Positions 9,840 to 21,300 of a stretch of 38,553 nucleotides of DNA are shown piece by piece. The notes under the pieces are model-generated. The model did no database searches. It was not told the DNA's origin and saw only the letters and a list, made by a program, of their open reading frames with translations. Numbering within the stretch: position 1 is the stretch's first letter; each line of letters begins with the position of its first letter. Source of the DNA: Promethearchaeota archaeon (GTDB taxonomy: Archaea > Asgardarchaeota > Lokiarchaeia > Sigyniarchaeales > SOKP01). The position numbers and the translations under genes are program-made. Where the stretch lies: the NCBI GenBank assembly GCA_004524535.1, contig SDNY01000022.1, positions 1 to 38,553 on the forward strand, written 5' to 3'.

Positions 9840-11102
9840 TTAGAGATCTCTTCCGTACCTTCTTAAGAGATTCTGTATTATAAATAGCTGTATGTTCCTT
9901 GCACCTCCGATAACTTCTTCTATTTTACTCGTGTCCATAAACTCGTCTATGGGCGTATTATCTGTGACCGTAATCCCTCCACATGCCTGTTGAACTTCAT
10001 AACATACGGTATTAGTTAATTTAGATAAAATATATTTTCCTTGAGATGATACAGAAGCACACCATTTTTCTGCTGCGGGACTTCTTCTTTCCGCAAATAA
10101 TACTTTATCATCATAAATAGTCGCAACATTTAATGCTAAAGCTGTCGCAGCGGTTGCTTGAGATAATAAGTCCGCTAAAGTAAAACCAACACCTTGATAT
10201 TTAATTATTTGCTGACCGAATTGCTTTCGTAGATTGGCGTATATAATTCCATAGATTAACCCACCCCAACATATACCAACTCCACTTCCCATTATCCCTA
10301 ATCTCTCAGGTACTAAACCTTCGAAAAGTCTTGTATATCCAGCTCCATCATCAGCTAGAATATAATCTTTAGGTACCTTAACATTATTCATTATTGTATG
10401 AGCAATATGGACTCTCGGGACTGAATTTATTTTTAACCTTCTAGTTTCATATCCGAAATCACGACTGATCATCGATTGTATCATTGTCTGCCGGGGATGT
10501 TCTTCATCATATACACCATAAGTGCAAACATAGTCTGATTTTGGTCCGTTTGTAGTAAAGACTTTTTCACCATTATAGATAACGCCATCATCGGTTTTTG
10601 TACATTTCATTAACATATTTACTGCGTCTGACCCTCTTTCTGGCTCTGTAATGCCGATGCATCCAATTTTTTGACCTGATAGCAAACCATCTTGAACTTT
10701 GTAAATTTCATCACTTTCACCTCCGTGATGATAGTAATGAAAAGTAGGATTTCCACATAGAATACCGCTTGCTAAACGAGCTAATTCTAATTGAGGATCC
10801 AAGATTGATAAATGTAATGCCATTAAAATTTCTTTTTTCATTCCATAAGGAGTAAAATCTCTCCATTTATTAATTCGCTGCATATATCCTGCTTTTCCTA
10901 ATTCTGGGAATAAGACATATACATCTTTACTTTTATCTATTTTGGGATGTAATTCTAAGCAAAATTCTTGAAGCTCTTTACAAAATCCCTGTTCTTCATC
11001 ATTTAGCATTGGAAATAGATTATCATTGAGAATTTTAAAAGCGTTTTCTAAACTCATTTTTTCAAGGATTTCATCCTTGATAATTTTTTCTTGCATATCC
11101 AT
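9840..11102 (-). CDS. Acyl-CoA dehydrogenase family protein
   Basis: GCIGITEPERGSD, NGEKVFTTNG, YANLRKQFGQQIIKYQGV, QQACGG and EVIGGARNIQ motifs. Confidence 0.93.
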   Translation of the reverse strand: MDMQEKIIKDEILEKMSLENAFKILNDNLFPMLNDEEQGFCKELQEFCLELHPKIDKSKDVYVLFPELGKAGYMQRINKWRDFTPYGMKKEILMALHLSILDPQLELARLASGILCGNPTFHYYHHGGESDEIYKVQDGLLSGQKIGCIGITEPERGSDAVNMLMKCTKTDDGVIYNGEKVFTTNGPKSDYVCTYGVYDEEHPRQTMIQSMISRDFGYETRRLKINSVPRVHIAHTIMNNVKVPKDYILADDGAGYTRLFEGLVPERLGIMGSGVGICWGGLIYGIIYANLRKQFGQQIIKYQGVGFTLADLLSQATAATALALNVATIYDDKVLFAERRSPAAEKWCASVSSQGKYILSKLTNTVCYEVQQACGGITVTDNTPIDEFMDTSKIEEVIGGARNIQLFIIQNLLRRYGRDL

Positions 11103-11279
11103 ATTTATCTCAAGAAGAGTTATTAATATTTAAATTTAAAAGAAATTGTATTAAATATTTTAAATGTATAATTACAATTAAATTTAAGATATCGAATGGA
11201 AAAAAAAAAAATATTCCATAATAATTTTAATTTAGCTAATAATTATTAACTTAAGAATGAAAGAATAAAAGGCTATTGA

Positions 11280-12902
11280 ATGAAAAAAAATATCATATCT
11301 GATTTTTTAAATAAAATTAAAACATTTAGGGACAGAAAGCAATTTTTAGAAGAAATTGAGAAAGAAGAAAGTAGTTCAATAGATAATATTTTAGTCAAAT
11401 TCGTACTAGACAAAAATAGGGCTTTAGCGAAGGAAAAATTCACTCAAACTGCAGAACTTATCGCCAAAACTCAAGATGAAATTGAGAAGGAAGTCAAAAG
11501 TAAAACGTTGTTCGGGCTCTTCGATAAAGTGAGAGAAGTTTCTGAAGATCAATTTCAATATAATTTTAAAGAAAAAAGACAAATTAAAAAAGCAGGTAAA
11601 CAATTCGATACTTTTGTGGATAGATTAGATTCTGCTATGCCGGCAACTGAAGAAGAGAGACTATCAGATATGAAGGAGCTTAAAGCAGCTATTACGTTGC
11701 TTGAATCATATGATGAGGAATCTTATAGAGTTAGTCCTAAAAAAACTGACGCAGGAGTAGGAATGTTTTATGATCGAATGTCTCGTCAATTTAAATCATT
11801 AATTAGTGAACATAAATTAGATCATTATAGATTAATCCCTATTCAACGATTAAAATATCATGTGCTCTCAAATAATAAAAGGCTAAAAGATGAGGATATT
11901 CTTCCAATCGTAAACATCATGAAGGAAACTAACTTGGTGGGAGATGTTATTGAAGTTAATCCAACTCTTCATGTTATTGTATTAGGAGATGAACAATTTG
12001 ATTTTTCGCTCGCTGAAAAAGTTCTTTTAACTTTTGCCTACGATGAGGACCTAACGTTTCGAAAATTATTGGAATTAACGGAATGGAAAGAAGAACATGC
12101 TAATAATGTAATTAAAAGTTTAACCGATCAAGGATTAGATACTCGTTTTGATGATAGAATTGCTGTTAGAGGATTTGGAAAAATAGAGGATAGAAAGGTG
12201 TGGAATGATACTATTGAAAAAATAATTCAAGAGGCTAAAGATAAAGAATTAGACAAGAAAAAACGACAAATAGAAAGAAAGGAAAAATTAAAACAAAAAC
12301 TTTCTCAGGTCGAAAAAATGGAAATCCCTTCAGCAGAAGTGAAAGATATGACCAGTGAAAAGCAGAAACTCCAAGAAGAACAAGAAATTATGGATAAAGA
12401 TGCCTTATTGGGTGCGATGGAGGCTCTAGATGATATAGTGCCAGTAAAAGCAGATAAGGGTTTAATAAGTGATCCCCAAATTTTAGAAAATCAGATCTCT
12501 GAAAATGTTTTAGAATATCATGAAAAATTCTCTCTAATTAACGGCGGTATAGCGCAATATGAAAAAATTAAAGAATATCTGACCCAGGAATTAGGAGACT
12601 TTTCTGATGAGGTTTTAAAAACAGTACTTAATCAATTAATAGAATTCAAAATGATTGTTGAAACAATAAAAATTGGAGAATATGACTTTTATCTGTTTAA
12701 TGAGATTGATTTAACTGAAAGTCAGATAGAGTTTCTTAATTTTGCCATTGGTAAAGAAACAATGAAGAAAGAAGACTTTATTAATGGATTAGAATGGAAC
12801 GAAGAAAAAACATTATTAACAATGAAACAACTTCAACAAAAAGGGATTCTGGTATTAGCACAACAAAATATACTCATACCTGGAGTTATTCAAAAGGATT
12901 AA
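11280..12902 (+). CDS. Protein with two EAP30/Vps22-Vps36-like (ESCRT-II-like) tandem winged-helix modules and coiled coils
   Basis: Module 1: FYDRMSRQF...DEDILPIVNIMK...AEKVLLTFA...LTEWKEEHANNVIKSLTDQGL. Module 2: QISENVLEY...NGGI...SDEVLKTVLNQL...LTESQIEFLNFA...LEWNEEKTLLTMKQLQQKGIL. Both resemble the Vps22 pattern (NGGL, L.W..ERA..VL..L...GL) by eye. Confidence 0.65.
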   Translation: MKKNIISDFLNKIKTFRDRKQFLEEIEKEESSSIDNILVKFVLDKNRALAKEKFTQTAELIAKTQDEIEKEVKSKTLFGLFDKVREVSEDQFQYNFKEKRQIKKAGKQFDTFVDRLDSAMPATEEERLSDMKELKAAITLLESYDEESYRVSPKKTDAGVGMFYDRMSRQFKSLISEHKLDHYRLIPIQRLKYHVLSNNKRLKDEDILPIVNIMKETNLVGDVIEVNPTLHVIVLGDEQFDFSLAEKVLLTFAYDEDLTFRKLLELTEWKEEHANNVIKSLTDQGLDTRFDDRIAVRGFGKIEDRKVWNDTIEKIIQEAKDKELDKKKRQIERKEKLKQKLSQVEKMEIPSAEVKDMTSEKQKLQEEQEIMDKDALLGAMEALDDIVPVKADKGLISDPQILENQISENVLEYHEKFSLINGGIAQYEKIKEYLTQELGDFSDEVLKTVLNQLIEFKMIVETIKIGEYDFYLFNEIDLTESQIEFLNFAIGKETMKKEDFINGLEWNEEKTLLTMKQLQQKGILVLAQQNILIPGVIQKD

Positions 12903-12918
12903 TTCAAACTGATTAAAG

Positions 12919-14673
12919 TTAGAGATATTTTTTTTTAACATATTCTTGTACTTTTTGTAACTCATTCGTATGAGTCTCCCTATTCCCAAAAATATAGAAC
13001 CTAACATCAGGTCCAGTGCCTGACGGTCTAAACATAATAGTTGAATCTACGCTTTTTAATTGATAGATATCTATCATGTTATTATTATCTGATAACGATT
13101 TAATCTGATATTCTTTTCCTTCAATATTTAAGGTTTTTTTATCGTTCTCTTCAAAATCCTTCATCAATTTAACTTTTTGCTCGTCATTCGCAGGAATTGT
13201 CTTATTTATTCCCACAATTGACCAATCTATTGATTCAGAGATTATATATCCTCGACATATTAATTCAGTAATTAAAACTAATGCAGGAACAGGATATTTA
13301 TCTGCAATCACAGCAAAATCAGTTGAAAACTCAAATTCACCAGTTTCTTTATTTTTAGAAACTTTTAATATATTCAGAGTGTGCCCCCCTGATTCCTCCC
13401 AATAAACCATTAAAAACTGCTCTTGTTCAATATTTTGTTTTTCCATAAGATTGATAATCTGTGTTCGTAGAGGTGTTGGGTTATTAATTTTTATTAGATT
13501 TCTGTTTTCATCCTCTATATAAAGGATAGCGGTATCTATTTTTGATTTCTCCACATCTATTCCCAAAAGAAAATACATTATTACTCCTAAGTGTTTATAA
13601 CCGACTCCTGTTAAGATGTTTATAAAACTTGTTTCATCACTCCTTAAATCAGTCGGTATTGTTCTTACATTTATGATTTTTTTATTGAAATTTTTAGCCA
13701 GAATATTATGTAGAGCAGAATAGATTTCATTAGGAATATATGTAAAATATTCTCCATTTTGTTTTACATACAAGGCAATACGGTCTCTATCGGCATCAAG
13801 CAATAAAGCAATATTAGAATTCTCTCGAGACATTATTTTTTGTAACTTATCTTCCCGAATTTCTTTGATTGGATTTGGCGGATTAATTTCTTCCTCGATT
13901 AAAACTATATTTGCTCCATAATCCTTGAATAATTCAACAATACCACGTGCTTTACCTAAATAGGGCCATATTATTATCTTTTTATCCTTTAGGGTTTTTA
14001 TTTCTAATACGTTTAATAATAATTTTTTAACATATTCATTATTTTTTTGTTCTGCGTCTATGCGAATCGGTGTAAATTTTGTTTGTAAATGAATTTCTTT
14101 TACCTCAAGAGCTTTTTTAGAAATATCTTTAAAAATATCACCTGACATGGGGATAGGATAATCTATATATAATTTGATACCATTCCAAGATAAATCATTG
14201 TGACTAGCAGTTAATACAATAATTAAATTTATATCTTCATATAAAGCAACCGAAGCTGCTCCATATGGAGAAGAGATTTTAGATTCACCAGGATTATCTT
14301 TTTGATAATAGATTTCAAAGCCATCATAAGCAAAAACCTGTGAACTGTAGTTTAATAAGATGTCCTTACTCGGTCTATCATCAGTGAATATAAGAATTTT
14401 TAAATTTTGATTATTTTTTAATTCTTTAAATTTTAGGCTGATTGCTTTAAATATTCTAAGAAATAGGTATAAGTTGCGTTTTGTTAGCAAATATTTTTCA
14501 TTCTCTTCAATAATATCATAGATTTGAATTCTCAACCCAGATGTTGGAGCGACGATTGGATCGATTATATTTTTCTCTTCCTTAGTTAAGGAGGGTAATT
14601 TTATGATTCTTGTATCATTTTTACCTTCTTCAAATTCTATATCTTCTATTTCGTATTCAACCAAATAATTCAC
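12919..14673 (-). CDS. Alpha-D-phosphohexomutase superfamily (PGM/PMM-like) protein
   Basis: TASHND phosphoserine loop, WNGIK, DADRDR metal loop, EESGG and RPSGT motifs; GTG start. Confidence 0.9.
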   Translation of the reverse strand: MNYLVEYEIEDIEFEEGKNDTRIIKLPSLTKEEKNIIDPIVAPTSGLRIQIYDIIEENEKYLLTKRNLYLFLRIFKAISLKFKELKNNQNLKILIFTDDRPSKDILLNYSSQVFAYDGFEIYYQKDNPGESKISSPYGAASVALYEDINLIIVLTASHNDLSWNGIKLYIDYPIPMSGDIFKDISKKALEVKEIHLQTKFTPIRIDAEQKNNEYVKKLLLNVLEIKTLKDKKIIIWPYLGKARGIVELFKDYGANIVLIEEEINPPNPIKEIREDKLQKIMSRENSNIALLLDADRDRIALYVKQNGEYFTYIPNEIYSALHNILAKNFNKKIINVRTIPTDLRSDETSFINILTGVGYKHLGVIMYFLLGIDVEKSKIDTAILYIEDENRNLIKINNPTPLRTQIINLMEKQNIEQEQFLMVYWEESGGHTLNILKVSKNKETGEFEFSTDFAVIADKYPVPALVLITELICRGYIISESIDWSIVGINKTIPANDEQKVKLMKDFEENDKKTLNIEGKEYQIKSLSDNNNMIDIYQLKSVDSTIMFRPSGTGPDVRFYIFGNRETHTNELQKVQEYVKKKYL

Positions 14674-14814
14674 CTATAAATAGAATAATTTAATTTTAGA
14701 TATTAAATTTTAATATTTTTGTTTCTATTAGCATCTGGCTCTAATGAAAAAGTCAAATTTAAATTAAGATTCTTTCACCTTAAAAAAAACAATCATAGGT
14801 TTTTAAAGTTACCT

Positions 14815-15693
14815 TTACAATGAATTAATAGCGTTTCTTAATATTGCTAAAATTTTTTCACGATAATTTGGATTGATAGCAATCATTCCATGAACTTTTA
14901 TGGGGGGAATTTTATCAGATAAATTTGCAAGAATTTTTTCACAAAATTCAGGAGTAAGCCTATTAGGTAAATCTTGTTTGTTTGCTATTCCTATAATTAA
15001 ATAACCTTTGTAATATTTTTCCAACACTTCTTTAATAATTTCTTTAGAAGAATTCAAATTTTCATAAGTAGAATCTAATACTAAAAGTGCGATTTGTGTA
15101 TTGTCTAATAAGCTCCCCCATAAAGTCCGGAACTGTGCTTGTCCCGCGAAATCCCAAAAAGTCACTGGCAAAAAACTGAGCTCTTTATCCTCATAATTCG
15201 TTATATTTGCAGTAATCGTTGGAACATACTCAAGATTAATATCTTTTCCGCATATAAGATGAAGTAAACTAGTTTTTCCTACTCCACCGAATCCAATTAT
15301 ACTAACTTTTATTGCGCCTAAAACGATAGTATCTAATTCCTTTTCAAAATCGTAAAAAATAGCGCGGTTTCCATCCCATTTACCTTCCTCAAAGAGAGTG
15401 CCATAATTTTTAATAAATTGAGCTCTAATTTTATTAATCTTTGAATAAACCTGAGCATCGTCATCTTCTAAATCCGCACATACAACTATTATAAAGGAAT
15501 TAACTACTGTATAATGATATTTAAAATCTTCTGTAGAGGTACTTTTAATGTCAGAACGACTAATTTCTTTCATGAATCCTGAAAAAGCACTTAAAAACCC
15601 TGCCAATAAATCTCTATCAATTTCGGAATCTCCATAATTCCTAAATAGCAATGATTTGCCATCCTTGGTCATGATATTAATATATTGGATCAT
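14815..15693 (-). CDS. Longin-like domain fused to an Arf/Rab-like small GTPase
   Basis: N-terminal about 125 aa has a longin-like pattern (GKSLLFRNYG...DLLAGFLSAFSGF); G1 GFGGVGKT, G2 PTI, G3 WDFAGQ, G4 NKQD. Confidence 0.85.
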   Translation of the reverse strand: MIQYINIMTKDGKSLLFRNYGDSEIDRDLLAGFLSAFSGFMKEISRSDIKSTSTEDFKYHYTVVNSFIIVVCADLEDDDAQVYSKINKIRAQFIKNYGTLFEEGKWDGNRAIFYDFEKELDTIVLGAIKVSIIGFGGVGKTSLLHLICGKDINLEYVPTITANITNYEDKELSFLPVTFWDFAGQAQFRTLWGSLLDNTQIALLVLDSTYENLNSSKEIIKEVLEKYYKGYLIIGIANKQDLPNRLTPEFCEKILANLSDKIPPIKVHGMIAINPNYREKILAILRNAINSL

Positions 15694-15806
15694 TGATATC
15701 AGTTGATCAGTTTTTTATTAGTCTTGAGAAGCTTTTTATTTAAAAAATATATTAATTAAATAAAAAAATATTTTATTCCAAATATTCTTTATTTAGGAGA
15801 TAATTT

Positions 15807-16394
15807 ATGTCAAACTCAGATGATCCAAAACAAGAGGAGAACGTTAAAAAACTATTAAAAAATATGGATAAAAAAATGGATGAACTTTCAAATATCCTTC
15901 AGAAATTTGGGTTAGATCTTATAACTCAATTTGGGAAAACCACGCACACAGTTAAGTACCTGTCTGATAAAATTGAAGATTTAGACAAAGCCACGATTGA
16001 AATTAAGGGGCTTACTCCTCAATTAATTAAAATCATCGATAATCAAAATGCGATAGAAATGGAACTTGGTCTAATAAAATCTTTAATTCAAAATATTACA
16101 CCACATAAAAAAAGTGAAAGTATTGAAAGAAATGTTTCAATCACAGAAATTAAAGAGTCAATTTCAGGCCAATTATCAGAATTTATGGTTGAAATGGATA
16201 AGATGGAAGATATTCAATTGATTAAAACATATCTGGAATCTATTAAACATAAAATTTTTACATCCATAGGGGGTCATAAAATCTCTTACGAGATTTCACA
16301 GGTTATAAATTTACTAAATAATAAAAAATCATTAACAGAGGATTTAAGAAATAACATTAAAGAAAAAATCGGGTTCTGGATAAATAGGTTATAA
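15807..16394 (+). CDS. Hypothetical coiled-coil/helical protein
   Basis: 195-aa ORF, AGGAGA upstream, heptad-rich. Confidence 0.75.
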   Translation: MSNSDDPKQEENVKKLLKNMDKKMDELSNILQKFGLDLITQFGKTTHTVKYLSDKIEDLDKATIEIKGLTPQLIKIIDNQNAIEMELGLIKSLIQNITPHKKSESIERNVSITEIKESISGQLSEFMVEMDKMEDIQLIKTYLESIKHKIFTSIGGHKISYEISQVINLLNNKKSLTEDLRNNIKEKIGFWINRL

Positions 16395-16498
16395 CTAAAA
16401 TGAGAATTTGAAAAAATAGACAAGGTTACCCTACATTAACAATAATTTCTAATCTCTCTTTGACGATATTCACTCCCGCTGTAGGTGAAAAAAAAACA

Positions 16499-17068
16499 TC
16501 AATGTTTTGTTTTTGAAAGAAATACTTTCTTTGCAATCGTTTCAAAGATTTTTTTTACATTAATACCTGTTTTTGCGGAAGTCTCAAAATACTCAGCATT
16601 TAATTCTTCACTTAAATGATCTGCGTGAGGTTGGACTATTTTTCTATCATCTTTCAAATCAACCTTATTACCGATTAAAACCCGAGGGATTGAACTAAGC
16701 CCATGTTTTATGCATGTATTCCACCAATTTTTTACATTGGAAAAACTAGAACTGCGGGTAATGTCAAAAACTAGAATTATACCATCAGCTCCATTGAAAT
16801 AGGGTTTATGTAGCATGTAGAACTGTGGTTGTCCCGCGATATCCCACATCATTAAGGTAGCAACTATATCCTCGTTGTTAATAGTGGTTTCTAACCGCTC
16901 TTTTACAATATTTACACCTACCGTTGGAAGGTACTGCTCTGGGAAGAGATTCGTTGAGTATTTGCTTAACAGACTCGTTTTACCAACAGAGGGGTCACCA
17001 ATTACGATTATCTTATAAATTGTCTCAGTTTGACCTTGAAACACAATTTTATCGTTATTTTCACTCAT
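16499..17068 (-). CDS. Rab-like small GTPase
   Basis: GDPSVGKT, PTVG, WDIAGQ, GNKVD and ETSAK motifs; no C-terminal prenylation Cys. Confidence 0.95.
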   Translation of the reverse strand: MSENNDKIVFQGQTETIYKIIVIGDPSVGKTSLLSKYSTNLFPEQYLPTVGVNIVKERLETTINNEDIVATLMMWDIAGQPQFYMLHKPYFNGADGIILVFDITRSSSFSNVKNWWNTCIKHGLSSIPRVLIGNKVDLKDDRKIVQPHADHLSEELNAEYFETSAKTGINVKKIFETIAKKVFLSKTKH

Positions 17069-17186
17069 AAAGGGGAAACCTCCTTTTATAATATACTAAA
17101 AGATATTGTTTTTTTCTAATCTATAATAAATTATAAACTTATATAGATATTTATTTTTTAGAGTCTGTTTATAAAAAGCTTTTTGC

Positions 17187-17744
17187 TTAAATTAATTTCT
17201 GCAAAGCAATTTTCTTTTCAATATGAAATTTTGATGATTTATTCTTTTCTCGTGAAATAAAAAAAATGGAGTTTAGAATAAAGGTTAATTCTTCCCACTG
17301 ATTTTGTAGCTTTTCTAATATAGATCTTAATTCTTTTTTTCCCCTAATCTGCCCGAGGCTTAAATGGGGAGTAAAACCATTTTTATGTTTATTTGCATCA
17401 TTGCAATCAGGTACGATTTTTAACAATTTTTCTTGAAGTTCTATTATTAAATTAGCGGGTTCTGGATTTAACCATATTGTGTATCTTTGATTTCCGTGAT
17501 GAAAGTAATTAAATATTTTGAGCGATATCTCAAATGAATTAATTTGTTGACAAGTTTTATGAAAATCTTTTTCAAGGTTATTGAACTCATTAATAGGTCT
17601 AAAAGGATAAAAAAGATTGACATGAGGCATCCATCGATTAATTTTTCGGTCATGGATCTTCCGAATTTCTTGGATCGGTGTCCATACATTTTCAGGAGGG
17701 ATTATTACAACTGCAGATGTATAAACTTTGCTCATAAAACTCAT
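17187..17744 (-). CDS. 2H phosphoesterase / 2'-5' RNA ligase family protein
   Basis: Two His motifs, PHVNL (atypical, N in place of T/S) and FTPHLSLG. Confidence 0.85.
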   Translation of the reverse strand: MSFMSKVYTSAVVIIPPENVWTPIQEIRKIHDRKINRWMPHVNLFYPFRPINEFNNLEKDFHKTCQQINSFEISLKIFNYFHHGNQRYTIWLNPEPANLIIELQEKLLKIVPDCNDANKHKNGFTPHLSLGQIRGKKELRSILEKLQNQWEELTFILNSIFFISREKNKSSKFHIEKKIALQKLI

Positions 17745-17789
17745 AAAAAGTAGGTTTTTATAATATTAATTTTTATTATTTTATGAATA

Positions 17790-18296
17790 ATGAACATTAG
17801 ACAACGGCATTTTATCAAGCATACAGAAATTCGGGATCTTAAAGAAGATATTCTAAAGCAGTATAATAATGATTTTATTGAGCAAATTTTTCCAAAGAAA
17901 TGCAATATTGAGCTGATTTTAACGGAAGCAGGAGATATTTTATACGCTGTTAACAATGAGCTAACACTTTGGAAATCAGAAGATGGATATATTCCAGTTT
18001 TAACCTTATTATTAGATAATAAGGTTGATTTAAAAACTATAGTCGTAGACAAGGGTGCAATTAGATTTGTAACAAATGGAGCGGATATTATGCGCCCTGG
18101 TATTACAGAAATTGACGCTTCCATTAAAAAGGGAGATATTATGCAAATAGTTGATGAGAATCATAAAAGACCTTTAGCTGTAGGTAAAGCCCTTTTTAAT
18201 GCGAAAGAAATGGAGGCAAAAACTTCTGGAAAAGTAGTCAAAAATCTGCATACAATTCAGGACTCTGTTTGGAACTTTGAAAAGAATTTTAAATAA
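17790..18296 (+). CDS. PUA-domain RNA-binding protein (MCT-1/Tma20-like)
   Basis: VVDKGAIRFVTNGADIMRPGI, PLAVG and GKVVKNLHTIQD. Confidence 0.92.
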   Translation: MNIRQRHFIKHTEIRDLKEDILKQYNNDFIEQIFPKKCNIELILTEAGDILYAVNNELTLWKSEDGYIPVLTLLLDNKVDLKTIVVDKGAIRFVTNGADIMRPGITEIDASIKKGDIMQIVDENHKRPLAVGKALFNAKEMEAKTSGKVVKNLHTIQDSVWNFEKNFK

Positions 18297-18309
18297 TCGT
18301 GAAACTGAC

Positions 18310-21300
18310 ATGTCTTTCAATTTAAAAGAGGTTGATTGGTCTGAATTTAAGAGCCCACCGAAGTATGCTCGTCCTCTTGTAAGATGGTGGTGGACCGGAT
18401 TAGATGTTGAAAAGGAAGAATTAATAAATGAAGTTAAAGAGTTAGACGAAGCGGGATTTTTAGGTGCTGAAATCCAAGCTTTTATGATTGGTTCACCTAT
18501 GGATTTAGAAAAGAAGGATAAAGAGAGAGCTGCTCGTTCGCATAGATTTATGCAACCTTATTATTATGAAATGGTAAAAGCAGTTTTAGACGAAGCATCT
18601 AAGCGAGGGATGATAATGGATTTAACGATTGGATCTGCTTGGCCTGCTGGGGGTACTCATATTTCAAACGAAGATTCCATGAAAGTATTAATGGTAGGTC
18701 AGCAAATTATTGAAGGTCCATTAGAATATTCTGATAAAATTCCAGAATATACTAGGCCACCAAAAAGAGGACTTGGTCTCATAGAGGATATTGAGGAGGG
18801 AATAAAATTAGAAGCAGTAGTTGCATTTAAACCTATTAATCAGGTTGATAAACCTGGAAAAATTGCATATAGAAAATTTAAAACCACCAACATTGATAGA
18901 GATTCGATTATAGATTTAACTGATAAAGTTGATGATGATCTATATTTAAATTGGAACATTCCTGAAGGAATTTGGCAAATTCTCTCTTTTTATAGTGGCC
19001 CTTCAGGAATACATCCATTAGCAGATAGCCGTTCAGAACCAGGAAAGGGAAGTTTAGTATTAGATCATCTTTCATCCAAATCAATTAAAAAACATATGGA
19101 TTTACATCTCGGAGAGGGTAAAAAGTATTTTGAAAATCATTTCGGCACAACACTTCGAGCAATTTTCACGGATAGCCTTGAATTAGCTTCTAGTTGGTTA
19201 TGGACTGAAGATCTTCTAAATCAATTTGAAAAAAGACGAGGATATAATCTTAGACCATTTTTGCCAATTTGTTTTGCTCCATATAGAGATAATAAATATC
19301 TCCAAGCATTTTTTGGGTCTGGAGGAGACATGCCGCTGTTTGATTTTCAAGGAACTATTGGAGAAAAAATAAGATATGATTATGAAAAAACTATTTCTGA
19401 TCTTTTTTCTGAAGAATTTGTGAAGACTATGACAATTTGGGACGAAAATAATAAATTAAAAAATCGTATCCAAGCTTATGGAATCAGAGCAGACACATTA
19501 AAAACATATGGTATTGCTCATATCCCTGAAACCGAAAATTTATATGCGGGAGGTGCAATTGATTTTTTAAAATTTGCGGGTTCAGCGGCTATTCTCTACA
19601 ATAAACCTTTAATTACTGCTGAATCAATTGTTTGGAATCAGAGAGATTATATGACAACACCGCTTAAATGGAAAGTTTGTGCTGATAGATTATTTAGTTC
19701 GGGAATAAATCAAATGATATATCATGGATTTCCATATCAAAATAAGCAGTTCCCTTATCCTGGATTTTGTGGGTTTTCCACACCATATCTCCCAAAAATG
19801 GCGAATTTTTCATCTAATTTTAGCAGAATGAATCCGTTTTGGGATTTTTTTCCAATCATGAATAATTATATAACAAGATGTCAATATATATTACAGCGCG
19901 GAAAGCCAGTATCTAATATAGCGATCTATTATTCAGTTTTTAATTATTGCGATGCTGTATTAAAAAAAGAGGAATTAATGGTTGGTTATTTGGATGAGTT
20001 TGATGCTCCCCTAACAGAAAGCGCTGCTCTTTCAAGTAGAAAGAAAAAACTGGATCCTAATGATAAATGGACATTAAAATTATTAGAATTAACGGATAAT
20101 TTAAGTGCTAATGGATTTTTTTATACTCATATTAACGAAGAAAGTGTTTTAAATGCAAGTAACAATCTCATTGCGGGATGTGGAGATTTTGACATTTTGA
20201 TATTCCCAAACATAGAAAAAATTTCATTAGATATTGCACGAAAATTAAAAGAAATAAATAATTCAGGCATTCCTATAATTTTCGTAGGGACATTACCAGA
20301 TGGCCAACCAGGCTTTTTAAATTTCGAGAAGAATGACAAAGAAATTAAAAAGATTATAAATGAGTTAATTGAAAATAGAAAAGCATTTTTGATTGAAAGT
20401 AATCAAAATATCTCCCAATTTCTAATCCAGAAGCTAAAAATAAATCCGGAATTAATGTTTGATCAAGAACAACCAACTATTAATTATATTCTTAAAAAAA
20501 GTGAAGGAGCAGACTATTACTTTTTAAGACACTCTCTTAACAAGCCAAAAAAGGTAAATATTAGATTTCCCGCTACAGATAAAATACCATTCATTTTAGA
20601 TCCTTGGAGTGGAAACATATGTCAAGCCGCACAATATAAAAAGGAGGGTAATTCAATAGAAATGGATTTGTGGTTTAACGCCTATGGTTCAATAATCATA
20701 GAATTCAAAAAAACAGAAGAAAAACTGCATATTATCGAAAGCAAGTTAAAATCTGAGAGGATTAATGGTGAGCTTGTATGCTATGGTGATACTCCCGGAA
20801 AATTTATAATAAAATTAAGTAATGGTGATGAAAAAGTAATAGAAATCAATGATGAATATTTAATCTCTATTCCTTTAAACAAATGGCATTTAAAAACTAA
20901 CATTAGAGACCACCTGGGAAATATTTCATCAATTGAAAAGAGTTTAGAAGAATTAAAAGATTGGCGAGAAATTCCTGAATTAAAATATTGTTCAAGTAAA
21001 GGTCTTTATACCACAAAATTTACTATAGAAGAAAATAACATCCAAAATAATCTAAAATTTCTTCTATCCCTTGGAAGAGTTCATGATGTCGCTGTAGTAA
21101 AAATTAATGGCTCTATAACAGATCCTTTGTTAGTATATCCATATGAAATTGATATAACACCTCATATAAAAAGTGGTGAAAATGAAATTGAAATTGAAAT
21201 AACTCCAACGCTTAGAAATCGGTTAAATGGCTACGGTGAAAAAGGAGGTAAAAACTGGAAAAATCATAAAAACAGAAAGGAATTTATGCCATCGGGTTTA

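Noticed and set aside
17187-17744. 2H phosphoesterase as a dedicated ligase for the BHB intron
   Set aside because: It lies about 15 kb away with no linkage, and RtcB is the established archaeal splicing ligase.
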